NCBI GenBank assembly: GCA_963791045.1
Contig: CAWBQK010000007.1
Location: 128,001 to 192,000 of the forward strand
Source: Candidatus Latescibacterota bacterium
GTDB lineage: Bacteria; Krumholzibacteriota; Krumholzibacteriia; WVZY01
DNA length: 64,000 nt
Reading direction: 5' to 3'
The translations under genes and the position numbers were made by a program. This document shows, piece after piece, positions 61,087 through 64,000 of this stretch. Numbering within the stretch: the stretch's first letter is position 1; each line of letters begins with the position of its first letter. The notes under the pieces were generated by a model. That model searched no databases and was not told where the DNA came from. It worked only from the letters and a program-made list of their open reading frames with translations.

Positions 61087-61566
61087 GTGGCGCCCAGAAA
61101 AAAGAAGAATAAAAAGAAGAGATCCGGCTCTTCCGGAAGCGGACTTCACAAACTCGCCGTTTTGCTGATGAGCGTGGTTCTTGGTGTGTGCGTGGCGTCG
61201 GTCGCGGTGGGTGTAATGAACTGGCACGAGGGGGAGGAAGACGAAGGGATGGATGAGGTCCTTCGGATAGAGATCTTGAACGGGACGGGGGAGAAGGGAC
61301 TCGCGCGCAAAGTTGCCATCGCCCTTATCAAGAAAAAGGTGGACGTGCTCAACGTCGATAACGCGAAGAGCTTCGACTACAAGGAATCCGTAATTATCGC
61401 GCGCTCGGACAATCCGGCCGTGGCCGCCCTGGGGGAGCTGATAGGGTGCCGCCAGGTCGTGGAGCAACTGACGGAAGGCACGATGGTTGACGCCACGTTC
61501 ATCCTCGGTGAGGATTTCAGGAAGCTCGATATAGAGATTGATTTCGAATCTGACTTGTCCGAATAG
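61087..61566 (+). CDS. LytR C-terminal domain membrane protein
   Basis: Basic N-terminus and TM, then 'IEILNGTG..GLA', 'NA....Y..S.I', 'ILGEDF'. Confidence 0.8.
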   Translation: MAPRKKKNKKKRSGSSGSGLHKLAVLLMSVVLGVCVASVAVGVMNWHEGEEDEGMDEVLRIEILNGTGEKGLARKVAIALIKKKVDVLNVDNAKSFDYKESVIIARSDNPAVAALGELIGCRQVVEQLTEGTMVDATFILGEDFRKLDIEIDFESDLSE

Positions 61567-61597
61567 ACCAACTACCTTATTCTTAGAGGAGAAAGCA

Positions 61598-61870
61598 GTG
61601 GCCCCGAGAAGACGTTCACTCGCCGTTGTCGCCCTGGTCATGTTTCTTGGGATCGTGGTCGGAACCGTCGTAGGCGAGGTAGTCGGGTTGCTTCTTCCGG
61701 AAGGCAAAGTGATTCGCGACGTTTTTGTCAGTGCGACGGATTTTCACGTCGGACCGCTGCATCTGGATCTGGTTGTATTCAGCTTTACGTTTGGGTTCTC
61801 TCTGCGGGTCAATCTGATGAGCGCGGTGGGAATCGCGCTGGTGTCATTGATTCTCCGTTGGTACTGGTAG
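61598..61870 (+). CDS. Small membrane protein (DUF4321-like)
   Basis: Two hydrophobic segments with 'G..VG..VGE' and 'LDL.VFSFTFG..L.VN..S..G'. Confidence 0.7.
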   Translation: MAPRRRSLAVVALVMFLGIVVGTVVGEVVGLLLPEGKVIRDVFVSATDFHVGPLHLDLVVFSFTFGFSLRVNLMSAVGIALVSLILRWYW

Positions 61871-61887
61871 AAAGGAAGTCTGGCTTT

Positions 61888-62103
61888 ATGCACATTTTTG
61901 CGCTGGTCGGCCCGCTGGGCTGGTCCGAACTTCTCATAATCCTGTTTATTATTCTCATCATTTTTGGCCCGAGAAAGCTCCCCGAAGTCGCCGATGCTCT
62001 TGGACGATCGATCCAGAAATTCAAAAAAGCGTCGCGCGAAGTTCAGGATGAGATCCAAATGAACGGGGATGACGACAAGAAAAACACCGGCTCCAAGGAG
62101 TAA
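61888..62103 (+). CDS. tatA: Twin-arginine translocase TatA/E subunit
   Basis: 'G..ELLIIL.I.LIIFGPRKLPE...LG.SI..FKK'. Confidence 0.9.
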   Translation: MHIFALVGPLGWSELLIILFIILIIFGPRKLPEVADALGRSIQKFKKASREVQDEIQMNGDDDKKNTGSKE

Positions 62104-62128
62104 TAACTCCTCGGTTGCCGGTGTTTTT
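62080..62128. terminator. Bidirectional terminator-like hairpin between convergent tatA and PPIase genes
   Basis: AAAAACACCGGC...AGGAGT-AATA-ACTCCT...GCCGGTGTTTTT. Confidence 0.6.
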
Positions 62129-62154
62129 GCGATCGGTGTTTTCTGCGCTCGTTT

Positions 62155-63939
62155 CTAGTAGACCCGCCCCCGATAGTCTTCGATGACGCTTTCCTCTTTG
62201 AGCATCTCGTACCAGTAGGCCGTATAGGTCTGTATCTTCTGAGATTCGATATTGTCCCTCAACTGTCCAGCCCTCGCCTGGAAATCCGCACGGTCGAGTT
62301 CGGACTTTGTTAGGACACGGAGGACGACAAACGATCTCCGGAACTCAACCGGTGGGCACACCTGGCCGGGACCGGTTTTAACGGCTGCGGCGGCTACGGC
62401 GCTGTTGGGGCCGAATCCCTCGAGGTTGTCCGTCGCTTTGAACAATCCCGATTCCTTCGCCGTGAGTTCGTACGTCGCCAGCGCTTCATCGAATGTCCCG
62501 GACTGGGTTTTTCTGTAGAAGGCTCGCGCGTTTCTTAAGGTAGCGTCTTTTCTCGCTTCGAACACCAGGCGGAGCTTGATTGATTCGGTGACATCGGCGA
62601 GCGGGCGCGTGGCTTCAGGGATTCTGTCGACGACGCGAGCGATGTAGACGTTCTTCTCATCGCGGACGAGTTGACTGAGCGATCCCACTTCATTGCCGAA
62701 CGCGAAGATGTTGAGGTTCGGAACGAAACCAAGCGTTCCGATGGGCGCGCCTTCCGTGAAGGGCTCCGGAGTGACGAGCGTATATTCCTTTTCAGTGACG
62801 GCGACGTCGAGACCCACTTCGTCGGCCCGATCGCGGAGCTCATTCGCCGTTGTGTACAGCGAGTCCACCGTCTGCCGACTCAGCGCGGTCTTGATCAGGA
62901 TTTCCTGAGCATTGTACTTGGTCTGACCGTCTTCTTCTTTTTTCTCGATGAGTTTGATTACGTAGAAGCCGTCGCCGCTCGAGAACGGTTCGCTGATCTC
63001 ATCGGTGGCGAGACTGTCAAGGGTTTCGAAGTAGATTTCATCGCGTTGACCGCGGACCAGAAAACCGGTATTACCCTCGACATGAGCCGTCGGAGCCTCC
63101 GAATAGGTGCTGGCCAGCACGCCGAAATCCTCGCCCCCGACGAGCTGCTCCCGGACACGCCCGGCGGCGAACCCTGCGTCGTCGATATCCGACGCGCTTG
63201 GCGTCAGCTCGAAACGAACGACATCGAGCCGCGCCTTCGCGGGGTCGACGAATTCATCCTGGTTCGAGTTGTAATACTCCTCAATTTCCTGATCGGTGGG
63301 TGTGAAATCATCGAGTTCGGTCTCGTCGATCCGGAACTCGACGTACGACATCGTCATCTCGAGCTTTTCCATCTCGTATGCGAGTTCCACCTCATCGTCC
63401 GTAACAAAAACCTCGGCCGCAAGGTAGTTCTGCAGTTTGAGTCTGGGAATCCTCTCGCGGGCGAGCGCTTCGAGGTTCGTCCAGTCGATCTCTGGGTTGT
63501 TAAGGGCCGTCTGGTACGATTGGTCATCGAAGTTGCCCTGATCGTCCAGGAAGTACTGACGGATCTCGGGGGGCGGACTGGATCTCAGATAGCTGACGAT
63601 TTCTTCATTGGTTACCGTGATGCCCAGTTTATCGATTTGCTGGTCGGTGAGGACGGTATAAATCAGGTTGTCCCACGCCTGGGTTGCAATGAACTGTTCC
63701 TGCGAGTACGTGAGTTGTTCATTCGAGGCCGCACGGAACTGGCCGGCCAGCATCTCGTAGAATGATTGGTATTGGGCTCGCGTGATTTGTACACCGTTGA
63801 CCGTTCCCATTATGCCGGGGTCGCTTACCTGGGTGCCGGTTTCGAGGTCGAGCCCCCAAACGGCGAAGATCGTCACAACGAAGGCGACCACGACTATCCA
63901 CAGAACGATTCTAGTGTTCTCACGCAGTTTATGCATCAT
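62155..63939 (-). CDS. PpiD/SurA-like periplasmic chaperone, parvulin PPIase
   Basis: 'MMHKLRE' plus TM, SurA_N-like region, rotamase-like 'F..LA..YSE.......G..G', 'ISEPF....GFYVIKL'. Confidence 0.82.
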   Translation of the reverse strand: MMHKLRENTRIVLWIVVVAFVVTIFAVWGLDLETGTQVSDPGIMGTVNGVQITRAQYQSFYEMLAGQFRAASNEQLTYSQEQFIATQAWDNLIYTVLTDQQIDKLGITVTNEEIVSYLRSSPPPEIRQYFLDDQGNFDDQSYQTALNNPEIDWTNLEALARERIPRLKLQNYLAAEVFVTDDEVELAYEMEKLEMTMSYVEFRIDETELDDFTPTDQEIEEYYNSNQDEFVDPAKARLDVVRFELTPSASDIDDAGFAAGRVREQLVGGEDFGVLASTYSEAPTAHVEGNTGFLVRGQRDEIYFETLDSLATDEISEPFSSGDGFYVIKLIEKKEEDGQTKYNAQEILIKTALSRQTVDSLYTTANELRDRADEVGLDVAVTEKEYTLVTPEPFTEGAPIGTLGFVPNLNIFAFGNEVGSLSQLVRDEKNVYIARVVDRIPEATRPLADVTESIKLRLVFEARKDATLRNARAFYRKTQSGTFDEALATYELTAKESGLFKATDNLEGFGPNSAVAAAAVKTGPGQVCPPVEFRRSFVVLRVLTKSELDRADFQARAGQLRDNIESQKIQTYTAYWYEMLKEESVIEDYRGRVY

Positions 63940-64000
63940 ATCGCATCGAACTCCTCTGAATTTGATCAAGAGATATAAAAATTTGGCAGGGGAAAGATTA

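Overview
A gene-dense bacterial chromosome segment with moderately high GC. The T9SS-type C-terminal domain, gene order and gene style suggest an uncultured FCB-group lineage (Krumholzibacteriota/Latescibacterota-like), which is an inference. From left to right: a PorZ-like T9SS propeller gene and a 7-gene glycan locus (1-10.9 kb); a full dcw cluster mraZ..ftsZ without ddl, ending in a TPR gene (11-30 kb); an AT-rich intergenic region with two oppositely oriented hairpin RNA candidates sharing a UUGUUUCCUCU loop (30.0-30.4 kb); recG; an accessory signalling and lipid block (32.7-43.4 kb); then valS-rodZ-like-uvrB-nadC-birA-coaX, CIRCE-groES-groEL, a propeller lipoprotein, dapL-folB-folK-dNK-panB-panC-glmU-like-HIT-LytR_C-DUF4321-tatA, and a convergent PpiD/SurA-like gene. 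The accessory block holds a zinc-ribbon/RomX-like gene and a pseudo-receiver/RsbW gene behind a sigma54 motif, a patA/pimA/MFS/PD-(D/E)xK-like operon, an MglA-family GTPase with a long tail behind a second sigma54 motif, a TPR gene, a Wzi-like gene and a DGGGPS-like UbiA. Four genes (ftsZ, TPR, recG, ubiA-like) carry single-base frameshifts that are most likely assembly errors. I saw no rRNA, tRNA, CRISPR array or mobile element. The best novelty candidates are the twin hairpin RNAs and the putative sigma54-controlled MglA/RomX-like/TPR polarity module. All family calls come from motif recognition by eye, not database searches.
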